From: a virus | Taxonomy: Duplodnaviria; Caudoviricetes | Virus record (IMG/VR): IMGVR_UViG_3300010354_000100 | Coordinates: 1 to 58,941 of that record | Strand: one strand, 5' to 3' | DNA length: 58,941 nt | Part shown: one piece after another, positions 19,058 to 27,360 of the stretch | Layout: each line of letters begins with the position of its first letter | How positions within the stretch are numbered: the stretch's first letter is position 1 | The notes under the pieces: model-generated | The model's input: only the letters and a program-made list of their open reading frames with translations | Database searches by the model: none | Told to the model about the DNA's origin: nothing | Program-made: the position numbers and the translations under genes

Positions 19058-19292
19058 AATTCGGGCGGGAGCCAGGAGCAGGTTTGTGAAAGTGTGAACA
19101 ATCACAAACCTTGTAACACACTTGTAACACTCAGGATTAGACAAGTGTCTAACAGTATGGTATCCTATTACTAGTGGGGCAACCCACCGAATAAAAAAAC
19201 TGTCGGGCAGGTTGTCAATCTGTCTAACAGTCGCTACAATCTAAGTAGTGGGCAATCCCGCCCACTACAACCCAATGAAAGAGGTAATGAGA

Positions 19293-19550
19293 ATGAAAAC
19301 TACAATCCACCAGACAACGCCGAACAGCACGGCAATCGCCAAGTGGGCGTTCTACTCCGACAACGAGAGTGGTATCGGCACACTGTTCGTATCATTCCAG
19401 AATGGCAGTGAGTACGCCTACGGTGACTGCCCACTCAATCTGGTAGTGCCGATGCTCACCCAAGCGTCAATCGGGCGCTACTTCGCTCACACGGTGAAGC
19501 CCGCAATCCCAGCCCACAAGGTTGAGAAGGTCGGCAACCTAGTCCACTAA
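19293..19550 (+). CDS. KTSC-domain protein
   Basis: STAI...TLFVSFQNGSEYAY...ASIGRYF..TVK. Confidence 0.75.
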   Translation: MKTTIHQTTPNSTAIAKWAFYSDNESGIGTLFVSFQNGSEYAYGDCPLNLVVPMLTQASIGRYFAHTVKPAIPAHKVEKVGNLVH

Positions 19551-19715
19551 TCGGGCAAGGTTCGGGCGGGACAACCCGCCCGAACCAACCCGATAGGGCA
19601 GGCGGCAGGGGCAGGCGGGCAAAAAAGTTTGCCTCTCAGGTTGCGAGAATAGAATAAGTGTGATACAATAATAGTAGTGGGCAATCCCGCCCACACGAAC
19701 AGCAAGGAGAACAGA

Positions 19716-19997
19716 ATGACACTCAAAAGAATGCCGAGAGGCGCAAAACTGACTACGGCGTGGTGCGAGGTGAGTTCGTATGCCTACCCCAAAGGGTGGA
19801 ATAACGAAGTCACTATCTGCCACTACGAGGCTGATATGACATACGCAGACGGGTTCGTAATTCCCGCAGCGATGGTTGCCGTCTATGACGATGGCAAGTG
19901 TGTCTATCGGCAAGCGTTCTACGGAGAGACAGCCGTAAGCGATGCTGAACGGTTCGGCAACGATGCCGTCAGCAAAGCGTTGTACGCCAACGCCTAA
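19716..19997 (+). CDS. hypothetical protein
   Basis: AAGGAG RBS; FYGETA.SDAER. Confidence 0.7.
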   Translation: MTLKRMPRGAKLTTAWCEVSSYAYPKGWNNEVTICHYEADMTYADGFVIPAAMVAVYDDGKCVYRQAFYGETAVSDAERFGNDAVSKALYANA

Positions 19998-20126
19998 GCG
20001 CAACGGAATAACTGTCGGGCAGGCAACACCTGCCCGACAGATAACCGTGTAACACCCTCTCGCTACAATGGGAGGGGGAGACTTCACGCGCGCGGGCGGG
20101 TGCCATCAAGGAAACGCAGCGCACGG

Positions 20127-20157
20127 AATAAATCCGATTGTGAAGGAACACCATATT
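20127..20157 (+). repeat. bipartite repeat copy 9
   Basis: AATAAATCCG-N8-GGAACACCATATT. Confidence 0.95.
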
Positions 20158-20241
20158 GTCAGGGGGCGGAGGCAGAATTGTTGCCGGGAGCCGGCGGCCG
20201 CGGAGCGTGACTGCCCGACCACTCAGAGTGGTGAATAACTT

Positions 20242-20257
20242 GTAACACAAATGAAAC
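20242..20257 (+). promoter_or_regulatory. GlnR/MtrA-like OmpR-family direct repeat
   Basis: GTAAC-N6-GAAAC; similar sites at 19113, 22083, 23186. Confidence 0.5.
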
Positions 20258-20355
20258 AAAAATAATGCCTCAAAAGTGAGGAAATCGTACACCCCTGTGA
20301 TACAATTGTATTAGTGAGGTAATCCCGCCTCACCGAACACAACGGAGGTAATGAA

Positions 20356-20598
20356 ATGCTCACACTAATCGGCACGGCAGAAATGCCGACACCGCCACAA
20401 AACGACACCGCTTGGCTGCGTGATAACGCCCGCTTCGGTGCCGCTATCGTCACCCGCAACGGAGTACGCACCCGCGAATTCCTGCCCGTGACCTACACCG
20501 ACCCCGATACGGGCAAGCAGGCTCACCCGCTGTTCCCTGCCCGTGAGCGTGGCGGCAAGCGGTACATTGACACCAGCGCCAAGCCCCAACTGGACTAA
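20356..20598 (+). CDS. LRDNAR-family paralog 1
   Basis: GGAGG RBS; TAWLRDNARFGA..TRNGV. Confidence 0.75.
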   Translation: MLTLIGTAEMPTPPQNDTAWLRDNARFGAAIVTRNGVRTREFLPVTYTDPDTGKQAHPLFPARERGGKRYIDTSAKPQLD

Positions 20599-20739
20599 GC
20601 GTCTAACGGGTGGGGCGAAAGCCCCACCCAACAGGGCAGGCGGCAGAGGCAAGCGGGCGACCGGCACGCAAAAAAACTTGCGTACCGAGTTGCGAAACTA
20701 AAACAACTGTGATACAATAATAGTAGGAGGAATAACCAA

Positions 20740-20985
20740 ATGAAAATCACAAACCTAATCACAAATGAAATGAAAACGGGGCGCACCCTCAAAGCGTCAT
20801 CGTGGCGAGCGGTTCAGGTATCCGACACCCGTCGGGAAATCTGGCACTACTCCACGCTAATGGCGGTGCTCAACGGCAACGAATTCCAGCAGGTTAGCAA
20901 CGGTTGGGGTTCAATGTCGGACAAGCACGGAATGGGCAAACTCCGCAAAGGCGTTACCTTGAAGGGTTACACCGAAACCGTGTAA
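20740..20985 (+). CDS. hypothetical protein
   Basis: AGGAGG RBS; WHYST.M...GWGS.SD. Confidence 0.75.
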   Translation: MKITNLITNEMKTGRTLKASSWRAVQVSDTRREIWHYSTLMAVLNGNEFQQVSNGWGSMSDKHGMGKLRKGVTLKGYTETV

Positions 20986-21142
20986 CACCCCCTCGCTACA
21001 ATGGGGTTAGGTGGGAAACCACCTAACCCCAGAGGGCGACAGAGGCAGGCGGGCAAAAAATCTTTCTTGGATAGTTGCAAAACTGCCGAGACTGTGATAC
21101 ACTAATAACATAAGGCAATACCAAACCAACAAGGAGAAAAAA

Positions 21143-21340
21143 ATGAACCACTACATACACGCACACGACGTAAAGGCGGAGGACGTAATAGTTACCGTCA
21201 ATGGCAATCCCTACGACAGCGCATCGCTGACCGTTGAGATTACCGACACGAACCGCAATACGACCAGCATCCACTTCTACACGAACGAATTGCTGGAAGT
21301 CCTGCGAAAGTTCGCCCAAGAAGCCGTAGCCGTACGCTAA
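21143..21340 (+). CDS. hypothetical protein
   Basis: AAGGAG RBS, cassette. Confidence 0.7.
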   Translation: MNHYIHAHDVKAEDVIVTVNGNPYDSASLTVEITDTNRNTTSIHFYTNELLEVLRKFAQEAVAVR

Positions 21341-21461
21341 CGGCTGGGCTGGCGGTGGGACGAGAAGCGCCCACCGCCAGCCACCGGGCGACAGAGGCAG
21401 GCGGGCAAGAATTCCCCCCGCACGAGTTGCAAAACTATCAGGAGTGTGATACACTAGAACT

Positions 21462-21602
21462 ATGAGGAAACAACAGCACAACAACAAGCGCCGAGCGTGG
21501 AACGCAACAGACCGACAAGCATACGCCGACGGGCTGCGCACACGAGCGGTGACTATCCACCACAAGCGCAAGCCTGCGCCGACAGTCCGAGAATGGGACT
21601 GA
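21462..21602 (+). CDS. small basic protein (leaderless, not in ORF track)
   Basis: ATG 7 nt after the -10; MRKQQHNN... Confidence 0.55.
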   Translation: MRKQQHNNKRRAWNATDRQAYADGLRTRAVTIHHKRKPAPTVREWD

Positions 21603-21708
21603 ACAGCGGGCCGGCAAAAATAATCCTCTCAGGAGTTGCGAAACTCTCAGGAGTGTGATACACTAATAGTAGTGGGGCAAAAGCCTCACCTAACCAAAGG
21701 AGAAAAAA

Positions 21709-21867
21709 ATGAAAGAACATAACTGGACATTCGTAGACGAGGACAGCATCCGCTGCTCAGACTGCGACTGCCGTTTTGGTGGACGCTGGCACGACCTGCC
21801 CTGCGGTTCGTCGGAGGAGGAGTACATCGCCTTCGCCAACGCTCGCCAGAGCGAATACCTCAAATAA
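21709..21867 (+). CDS. small Cys-rich protein (not in ORF track)
   Basis: AAGGAG RBS; H.W...CSDCDC...PCG resembles the 16162 gene. Confidence 0.65.
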   Translation: MKEHNWTFVDEDSIRCSDCDCRFGGRWHDLPCGSSEEEYIAFANARQSEYLK

Positions 21868-21952
21868 GCCGAGACGCCCCGCGGGTTCCACCTCCTTCCC
21901 CCGCGGGGCAATTCGGGGCCGCCGGGCGGGGCCCAAGGAACGCTCAGCGCGA

Positions 21953-21984
21953 AATAAATCCGAACATTCTGGAACACCATATTT
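21953..21984 (+). repeat. bipartite repeat copy 10
   Basis: AATAAATCCG-N8-GGAACACCATATTT. Confidence 0.95.
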
Positions 21985-22190
21985 TCGGAAGCGGGCGGAG
22001 GCAGATTGTGAAAGTTCGCACTTTCACAAGACCGAGGAAGGCCGACCACTCTCCGTGACTAGCCGACCACTCTCCGTGAAGTGTAACAATTGTGTGACAT
22101 CTGCCGAAATCGGGAGTAAATGGTACACCCATAGTGTACACTGTTATTAGTGGGGAAAACGCCCCACCTAACCAAATGGAGGTAAGCAGA

Positions 22191-22523
22191 ATGAAAATCA
22201 CACTAGAACATCTCACTTCGGGCGTAGCCCGAAAAGTGGAGTACTGGTACGGCGAATGCGACCCAGCCGAAATTGAGGATGGCGTACTTGACGTAACCTA
22301 CGGCACTTTGGAAGTTACCTTTACTTCGGGACGCTCTTATGAGTACGCCGAAGTCACGGTAGGAACCTTTGCCGAACTAATCAAGGCAGTGAGTTTCGGC
22401 AAGTTTCTCAATCAGGAAATCAAGCCGTACCACGAGGTTCGTGAGACCACCCCAGCCGAATTGCTCGCCGAAATCAAGGCAAAGCAGGCTGAGGCAAAGG
22501 CTCTCAAAGCCTCGCTCGCCTAG
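22191..22523 (+). CDS. KTSC-domain protein
   Basis: GTLEVTFTSGRSYEY..V....LI.A.SFGKFLN.EIK. Confidence 0.8.
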   Translation: MKITLEHLTSGVARKVEYWYGECDPAEIEDGVLDVTYGTLEVTFTSGRSYEYAEVTVGTFAELIKAVSFGKFLNQEIKPYHEVRETTPAELLAEIKAKQAEAKALKASLA

Positions 22524-22720
22524 TCGGGTCGGGTCGGTGGGGCGAAAGCCTCACCGACCACCACCGGGCAGGGGCAGTTTGTGCGTTCTGGTATGTCTGT
22601 CTAACAGCCCACTAGACGCAATAGGAAGCGATTAGAGAGGCTCTACAAAAAAGATAAGACTAGGGCAGAATAACTACCTTGTCTCACAGCCTGAGCAATC
22701 TGGAAGCGTCTGGCAAGGGG

Positions 22721-22734
22721 CGAACATACGTTCG
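22721..22734. promoter_or_regulatory. LexA (SOS) box
   Basis: CGAAC-ATAC-GTTCG. Confidence 0.75.
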
Positions 22735-22870
22735 GTCGGCGGGCGAAGAGCACCGGGCAGCGGGCTTGTGAAAAGTTTCTTTTGTTTGGAGTTGCGAAAC
22801 TGTCGCAAGTGTGATACACTTTTATTAGTGGGGCAATCGCCTCACATAACACAACAAGGAGAAAAAAGTA

Positions 22871-23119
22871 ATGCGACACAAAGGAATGGTGGCAAGTGCC
22901 GAAGTGGTACTTAGCCCGACAATTGAGTACGGAGTCCGTACTGAGTGGGCAATAGCCCTCCACTTTCAGAGCCCGACTGGTGACAGTTCGGACTTTATGG
23001 TGCGAGAGTTGCCCTGCCTCTCACGAGAGCAGGCAGTCATTATTGCCGACAAGTGGAATAGCGAAGTATGCCCCGAACTGGTGGGCAGGTTCGCAGTATC
23101 CGACCTGTTGCCGAACTAA
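22871..23119 (+). CDS. hypothetical protein
   Basis: AAGGAG RBS. Confidence 0.7.
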   Translation: MRHKGMVASAEVVLSPTIEYGVRTEWAIALHFQSPTGDSSDFMVRELPCLSREQAVIIADKWNSEVCPELVGRFAVSDLLPN

Positions 23120-23296
23120 CCAACCCAAAAGGGTGGGGCGAAAGCCCCACCCGACAGGGGGCGGCAGAGGCAGCGGGCGAATTCTGTAACACAAAAGTAA
23201 CAAAAAAAAGTGTGTTTCGGGTTGACAACCGTACACCCTTGTGATACACTGTAATTAGTGGGGAAAACCCCACTACAACACAAAGGAGAAAACCAA

Positions 23297-23536
23297 ATGA
23301 ACGGAATAGTCGGAACAAGGGTGGCAATGCCAGCCAACCCAACAGCGTGGCTGAGGGACAACGCTCGCAAGGGCGCAATGCTCTACACCCGAGACGGCGT
23401 GACCGTGGCACTGGTGAACACCCAGACCACCTACGGAGACCCAGACAAGGGCACCCAGCAGCACCCCCTCTACGCCCCCCAGGGCGAGGGCAAGCGGGTC
23501 TACTCGGCTCGCCCAGTAATGCCAATGCTTGACTAA
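23297..23536 (+). CDS. LRDNAR-family paralog 2
   Basis: TAWLRDNARKGA..TRDGV...TY.DPD.G.Q.HPL. Confidence 0.75.
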   Translation: MNGIVGTRVAMPANPTAWLRDNARKGAMLYTRDGVTVALVNTQTTYGDPDKGTQQHPLYAPQGEGKRVYSARPVMPMLD

Positions 23537-23743
23537 GAACCCCCGAAGGGGAAGGGCGAAAGCCCTTCCCCGAACGGCGGGCAGAGGCAGCCCCCGGGCG
23601 AGCGGGCGTTTCTGTATGTCTGTCTAACACCCGATTAGAAGCGTCAGGAAGCCCCAGGACGCGAGCAGAAAAAAAGTGGAGACTAGGGCAGAATAAATAG
23701 TCTGTCTCACAACCTGACGCACTAGGGCACGTCTGGCAGAGGG

Positions 23744-23757
23744 CGAACGTATGTTCG
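23744..23757. promoter_or_regulatory. LexA (SOS) box
   Basis: CGAAC-GTAT-GTTCG. Confidence 0.75.
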
Positions 23758-23842
23758 CTCGGAGGGCGAGGAAGGCAGCGGGCCGGCAAAAAAAGTTTCT
23801 CTCGGAGTTGACAAACCGCTTAGGCTGTGATACACTAATAAC

Positions 23843-24130
23843 ATAAGCAACAACGGCGAAAGCGGGTAGTCCGCTAGTAACCAGACAACTAGCAGCCCCC
23901 ACTCTCTGGGCAACAATCCCCGTGAGAAGATAAGTGGCGACCCAAGCGGTCGGGCAAACGGGTGCGACGTTGGCGGTAGGTGAAAGCCCTACGACATACA
24001 ACCCCGAAAGGGGTGAAACGCGCCAAGGCTTCGGCGTGCGAGACGCACGTTACGGCTACGAAGCAAGAGGGCACGGTGAGGCTTTACCTGACGGGCAACA
24101 ATCCCCTAGTAGGCAAAGATAGCCACCCGC
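23843..24130 (+). ncRNA. putative highly structured ncRNA of about 290 nt
   Basis: promoter at 23807, no RBS-led ORF, closing helix 23862-70/24122-30, many hairpins, two GGG-CAACAAT-CCC stem-loops. Confidence 0.65.
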
Positions 24131-24234
24131 AGCGGGTGAGAACCCCGCAAAAATAATTCTCTCAGGAGTTGACAAACTCCCGAGGGTGTGATACACTGGA
24201 ATTATCAGGCAATAACCAACCCAAGGAGGAAACA

Positions 24235-24489
24235 ATGGACACAATGGATTATCTCTCGGCAGAGCAGGTCAACGGAATAGACCCATTCTGCGAATGGTGC
24301 GGGCGGGTCACCTGCCACATTGGGGAGCACGAGCACGAACTGGCGCTAGGGCTTGTCACCTACGAGGAGAACAGTTACGTCAAGGTAACCGCCCTCGGGT
24401 ATGCGGTCAAGGCGAACGAGGAGGTTTCTCGCAAACTCTCGGATGCGCTCTACGGGCTCTACCTCATCGAGGGAGAGGTTGCTCAATGA
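24235..24489 (+). CDS. hypothetical protein (CxxC..CH)
   Basis: AAGGAGG RBS. Confidence 0.7.
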   Translation: MDTMDYLSAEQVNGIDPFCEWCGRVTCHIGEHEHELALGLVTYEENSYVKVTALGYAVKANEEVSRKLSDALYGLYLIEGEVAQ

Positions 24490-24617
24490 GACTCCAACTA
24501 TTGCTCACCTGCCCCGAATGCGGGCAGACGCTCACGAGGGAGGAGATGGCTTACGGTCACGACTGCGAAGTCCCAGCCGAAGGACAGTGGAGCCCCGAGG
24601 AGGACGATAACGCCTAG
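24486..24617 (+). CDS. small Zn-finger peptide
   Basis: ATGA overlap; CPEC...YGHDCE. Confidence 0.6.
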   Translation: MRLQLLLTCPECGQTLTREEMAYGHDCEVPAEGQWSPEEDDNA

Positions 24618-24858
24618 CCCCCGGGCAGCGTTGCCGAAGGGCGGCAGAGGCAGAGGAGAGAGGCGGCGGGCGAGCGGGGCGGTCTCTCCCCGACTTTTCC
24701 TCCCTGCCCCTCTACTTCCATTGTAGCACAACCCGACGCAAAAAGCAACCTCTAAAAATAAATTTTTTTTCTTCCCGTAAGAGTTGACAGTACGCCCCAC
24801 ACTTGGTACAATGTAGTTGTAAGGCAATCCCGCCTTACAAACAGAAAGAGGTAACTCA

Positions 24859-25101
24859 ATGAGTCAAGTCCAAGAAGGTGAGATGGTGAACGTGTTCCAG
24901 TTCCGCTTTCTCATCCACTGCTACATCACAGAGATTCTCTCAGGTCTCCGTGTGTGTCAAATCCCACTGAGCCGAGTCGCCCCACGATTCGGTGTCACCA
25001 CCAAGAACAAGAAGAAGGCACTCACCCAACTCCTCGCCAACTACGAGGCAACAATGGGCGAGCCTTACGAAGACGACCGCCTAGTGCGAATCTTCGGCTA
25101 G
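24859..25101 (+). CDS. hypothetical protein
   Basis: GAGG RBS, cassette. Confidence 0.7.
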   Translation: MSQVQEGEMVNVFQFRFLIHCYITEILSGLRVCQIPLSRVAPRFGVTTKNKKKALTQLLANYEATMGEPYEDDRLVRIFG

Positions 25102-25167
25102 CGAGTCCGCTCGGGCAGGCAACCCCTGCCCGAGCACTTTCGCACGAGGGCGGCAGAGGCAGGCGGG

Positions 25168-25181
25168 CGAACGTATGTTCG
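25168..25181. promoter_or_regulatory. LexA (SOS) box
   Basis: CGAAC-GTAT-GTTCG. Confidence 0.75.
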
Positions 25182-25441
25182 CCCCCGGGCGATGAGAGCG
25201 GCGGGCTGCGGCGGTGGCGGGCCGAGGAGAAGAGAGGCGGCGGGCAAGAAGGGCGGCGGGCCAGAGCCGAGGAGGGAGACGGTCTCTCCCCTCCCCCACT
25301 ATCAGTGTATCACATCTAAGCGAATTTGTCAACCTCAAAAGATTTATTTTTTTTTGGCGTTTTAGGTTGACAAATGTCTGACAATACCCTATACTGGAAT
25401 TAGTGGGGAAAACCTCACCTAACACAATAAAGGAGAACAAA

Positions 25442-25516
25442 ATGACTAACGAAGAGTTCCTCGCAAAGGTTGCCGAGATTGTAGAAGAGATTCTCGCAAT
25501 CGTTGACGAAGAGTAA
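25442..25516 (+). CDS. 24-aa acidic amphipathic micropeptide
   Basis: own promoter plus AAGGAG RBS; MTNEEFLAKVAEIVEEILAIVDEE. Confidence 0.6.
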   Translation: MTNEEFLAKVAEIVEEILAIVDEE

Positions 25517-25601
25517 ATAAAAAATAGGGGTTCGGGTTGACAAAAGCCCGAACCTCTGTTATACTTAGATTAGTAGGGAATACCAACCAAAGGAGAACAA
25601 A

Positions 25602-25748
25602 ATGGAAAACGAAGACCTAGACAGAATTATCTGGAATGAGTACGAGGCAGGCTGGTACGGAGTGCCAGTAGGCAAGTACACCTACCGACAAATGCTCGCC
25701 AAGTGGAGAGCCGAAAACGAAGAAATCCGAAAGGCGAAAGCCAACTAG
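25602..25748 (+). CDS. small hypothetical protein
   Basis: own promoter plus AAGGAG RBS. Confidence 0.65.
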   Translation: MENEDLDRIIWNEYEAGWYGVPVGKYTYRQMLAKWRAENEEIRKAKAN

Positions 25749-25909
25749 GACCGAGAGTCCCGAAGGGGGAGGGCGACCTCCCCCGAGAGGGGCGACAGGG
25801 GCAGCCCCGGGCGGCGGACAAGAAATATTTGCCCGAGAGGTTGACAAATCAAAAGTAATGTGATACACTGGTTTTAGTAGGGAATACCAACAACAAAAGG
25901 AGAAACACA

Positions 25910-26119
25910 ATGGATAAGAACAAGCAACTACAAAACCTCGCCGAGGAGTTCTTCGGTGAGTGGGCAATCGTCGCCAGCGACATTCCTGCTGTCGTGAAGA
26001 CTTTCGCCCGATACCTTCGCAGTGAGAAGGGCTTCACGCTCAACATCACCGACGAGGCGTGGGAGCGCTACACGGCGGGCTGGTTCGCCAAGCGGCTCTC
26101 GCCAGCGGGCCGCCGCTAA
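25910..26119 (+). CDS. hypothetical protein
   Basis: own promoter plus AAGGAG RBS. Confidence 0.7.
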   Translation: MDKNKQLQNLAEEFFGEWAIVASDIPAVVKTFARYLRSEKGFTLNITDEAWERYTAGWFAKRLSPAGRR

Positions 26120-26225
26120 ACCCCAAGGGGAGAGGCGAGAAATATTTGCCCACGGAGTTGACAAACCGAGGGTGGTGTGATACACTGGAATTATCAGGTA
26201 ATAACCAACACAAAGGAGAAACATA

Positions 26226-26423
26226 ATGAAGGAATACACACTGGTAGCAGAACTCACCGACGCAGAGGGTGGCGAGTGGACGGCGGACGCCGGAATCCTC
26301 GCAGCCGATGATGCGTCGGCAGTTCGTCAGGCTCGCATTTGGGCAAAGGACGAGGCGACGGCACAGGGTGCCAAACTCGTCGAGTTCTACGCTCAGGATG
26401 CCCAGGGCGTGGCGCACCGCTAA
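26226..26423 (+). CDS. hypothetical protein
   Basis: own promoter plus AAGGAG RBS. Confidence 0.7.
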   Translation: MKEYTLVAELTDAEGGEWTADAGILAADDASAVRQARIWAKDEATAQGAKLVEFYAQDAQGVAHR

Positions 26424-26444
26424 ACCCCCAAGGGGAGAGGCGAG

Positions 26445-26458
26445 CGAACACTTGTTCG
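26445..26458. promoter_or_regulatory. LexA (SOS) box
   Basis: CGAAC-ACTT-GTTCG. Confidence 0.7.
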
Positions 26459-26583
26459 CCCTCCCCTGAGGGAGGCGGCAGAGGCAGAAATAGGAGGGCG
26501 AGCGCAAAAAATGTTCGCCCGAGAATGCTTGACAAATGTCAGAGAGTGTGATACACTGGTATTAGTAGGGAAAGGAGACCCGA

Positions 26584-26712
26584 ATGACACCAAGAGACCA
26601 GAACAGAATCACGAGGGACGAGCACGAGGTCGTACCGATTTACGACTGGGCGCTTGACCCCGAAATGAACGAGGACTTCGCCCAGTGGGCTGAGGAACTC
26701 GCCGAGGGCTGA
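26584..26712 (+). CDS. small acidic protein
   Basis: own promoter plus AAGGAG RBS. Confidence 0.6.
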   Translation: MTPRDQNRITRDEHEVVPIYDWALDPEMNEDFAQWAEELAEG

Positions 26713-26871
26713 GAGGTCCGAGGAGAAGGGCGACAAAAGAAAATAGTCCTACCAAGGGGGACGGCCTTGCCTGACGGCGGGCCTCCCCCGAGGAGGAGAA
26801 GGATTCCGGAGGGAGAGGTTGTCTTTCCCCGAGGGAAGTTGTATAATAAAAGTAACAAGAAAGGGAAAGTA

Positions 26872-26937
26872 ATGCATTGGGCGTTCGGATTCGCACTCGT
26901 TGCGCTAACCATTCGGTTAGTCGGAAAGAGTCAATAA
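26872..26937 (+). CDS. 21-aa hydrophobic micropeptide
   Basis: promoter with TATAAT plus AAGGG RBS; MHWAFGFALVALTIRLVGKSQ. Confidence 0.45.
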   Translation: MHWAFGFALVALTIRLVGKSQ

Positions 26938-27007
26938 CAAAGGTTGCAAAAACTCAAGACATCTGTTATACTAATAACAGGGCAGAGAGAAAGGAAAAGG
27001 TAAACAC

Positions 27008-27103
27008 ATGGTTATCGAAATTTATGACTGGATGTGTGCCGTGCCGGTGGCAGTTGCTGCCGTCGTCATCGCCGTCATCTTCAAAGCCAAGAAAATGAAG
27101 TAA
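27008..27103 (+). CDS. 31-aa single-TM peptide
   Basis: promoter plus AAGG RBS; ...VPVAVAAVVIAVIFKAKKMK. Confidence 0.55.
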   Translation: MVIEIYDWMCAVPVAVAAVVIAVIFKAKKMK

Positions 27104-27360
27104 TCCAAGGGCGCAGCCCTGCGGGCGAGTGTGTTCGCCTGCGGGGCTCGCCTACGGGCGAGGCTTGTGAAAATCTGCACGAACCACGGGCGGCGGGCAA
27201 GAGCGGAGGAGAAGGGCGACCATCTCACGATTTTGGTCAAAACCCGAGGATGCGGCGGGCGAAGAGAGAAAAAAATGTGCCGCGGGAGTTGCGCGCGGGC
27301 TGAATCTGTGATACACTGGGATTAGTGGGGAAAACCCCACCAAACACAAAGGAGAAGACA

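Larger units (their letters stand above)
4650..27317 (+). promoter_or_regulatory. array of about 45 co-oriented sigma70/SigA-type promoters, consensus GTTG(C/A)NAAA-N11-(G/T)GTGATACA(C/A)T
   Basis: -35 TTGCAA/TTGCGA/TTGACA with 17-bp spacer and TG-extended -10 TACAAT/TACACT, e.g. at 6606, 8024, 12147, 13663, 16501, 17064, 18741, 21073, 22791, 23221, 23807, 24168, 25840, 26157. Confidence 0.9.

Noticed and set aside
22566-22573. KOPS (GGGNAGGG) interpretation of the polar motif
   Set aside because: Only occasional copies match, and the consensus is mostly GGCAGAGGCAG.
23040-23789. 249-aa - strand ORF and similar long antisense ORFs in the array (e.g. 19539-20087, 21023-21571, 28000-28629)
   Set aside because: They lie antisense to promoter/RBS-supported + strand cassettes, have low-complexity R/P/G/C composition and show no domain motifs.
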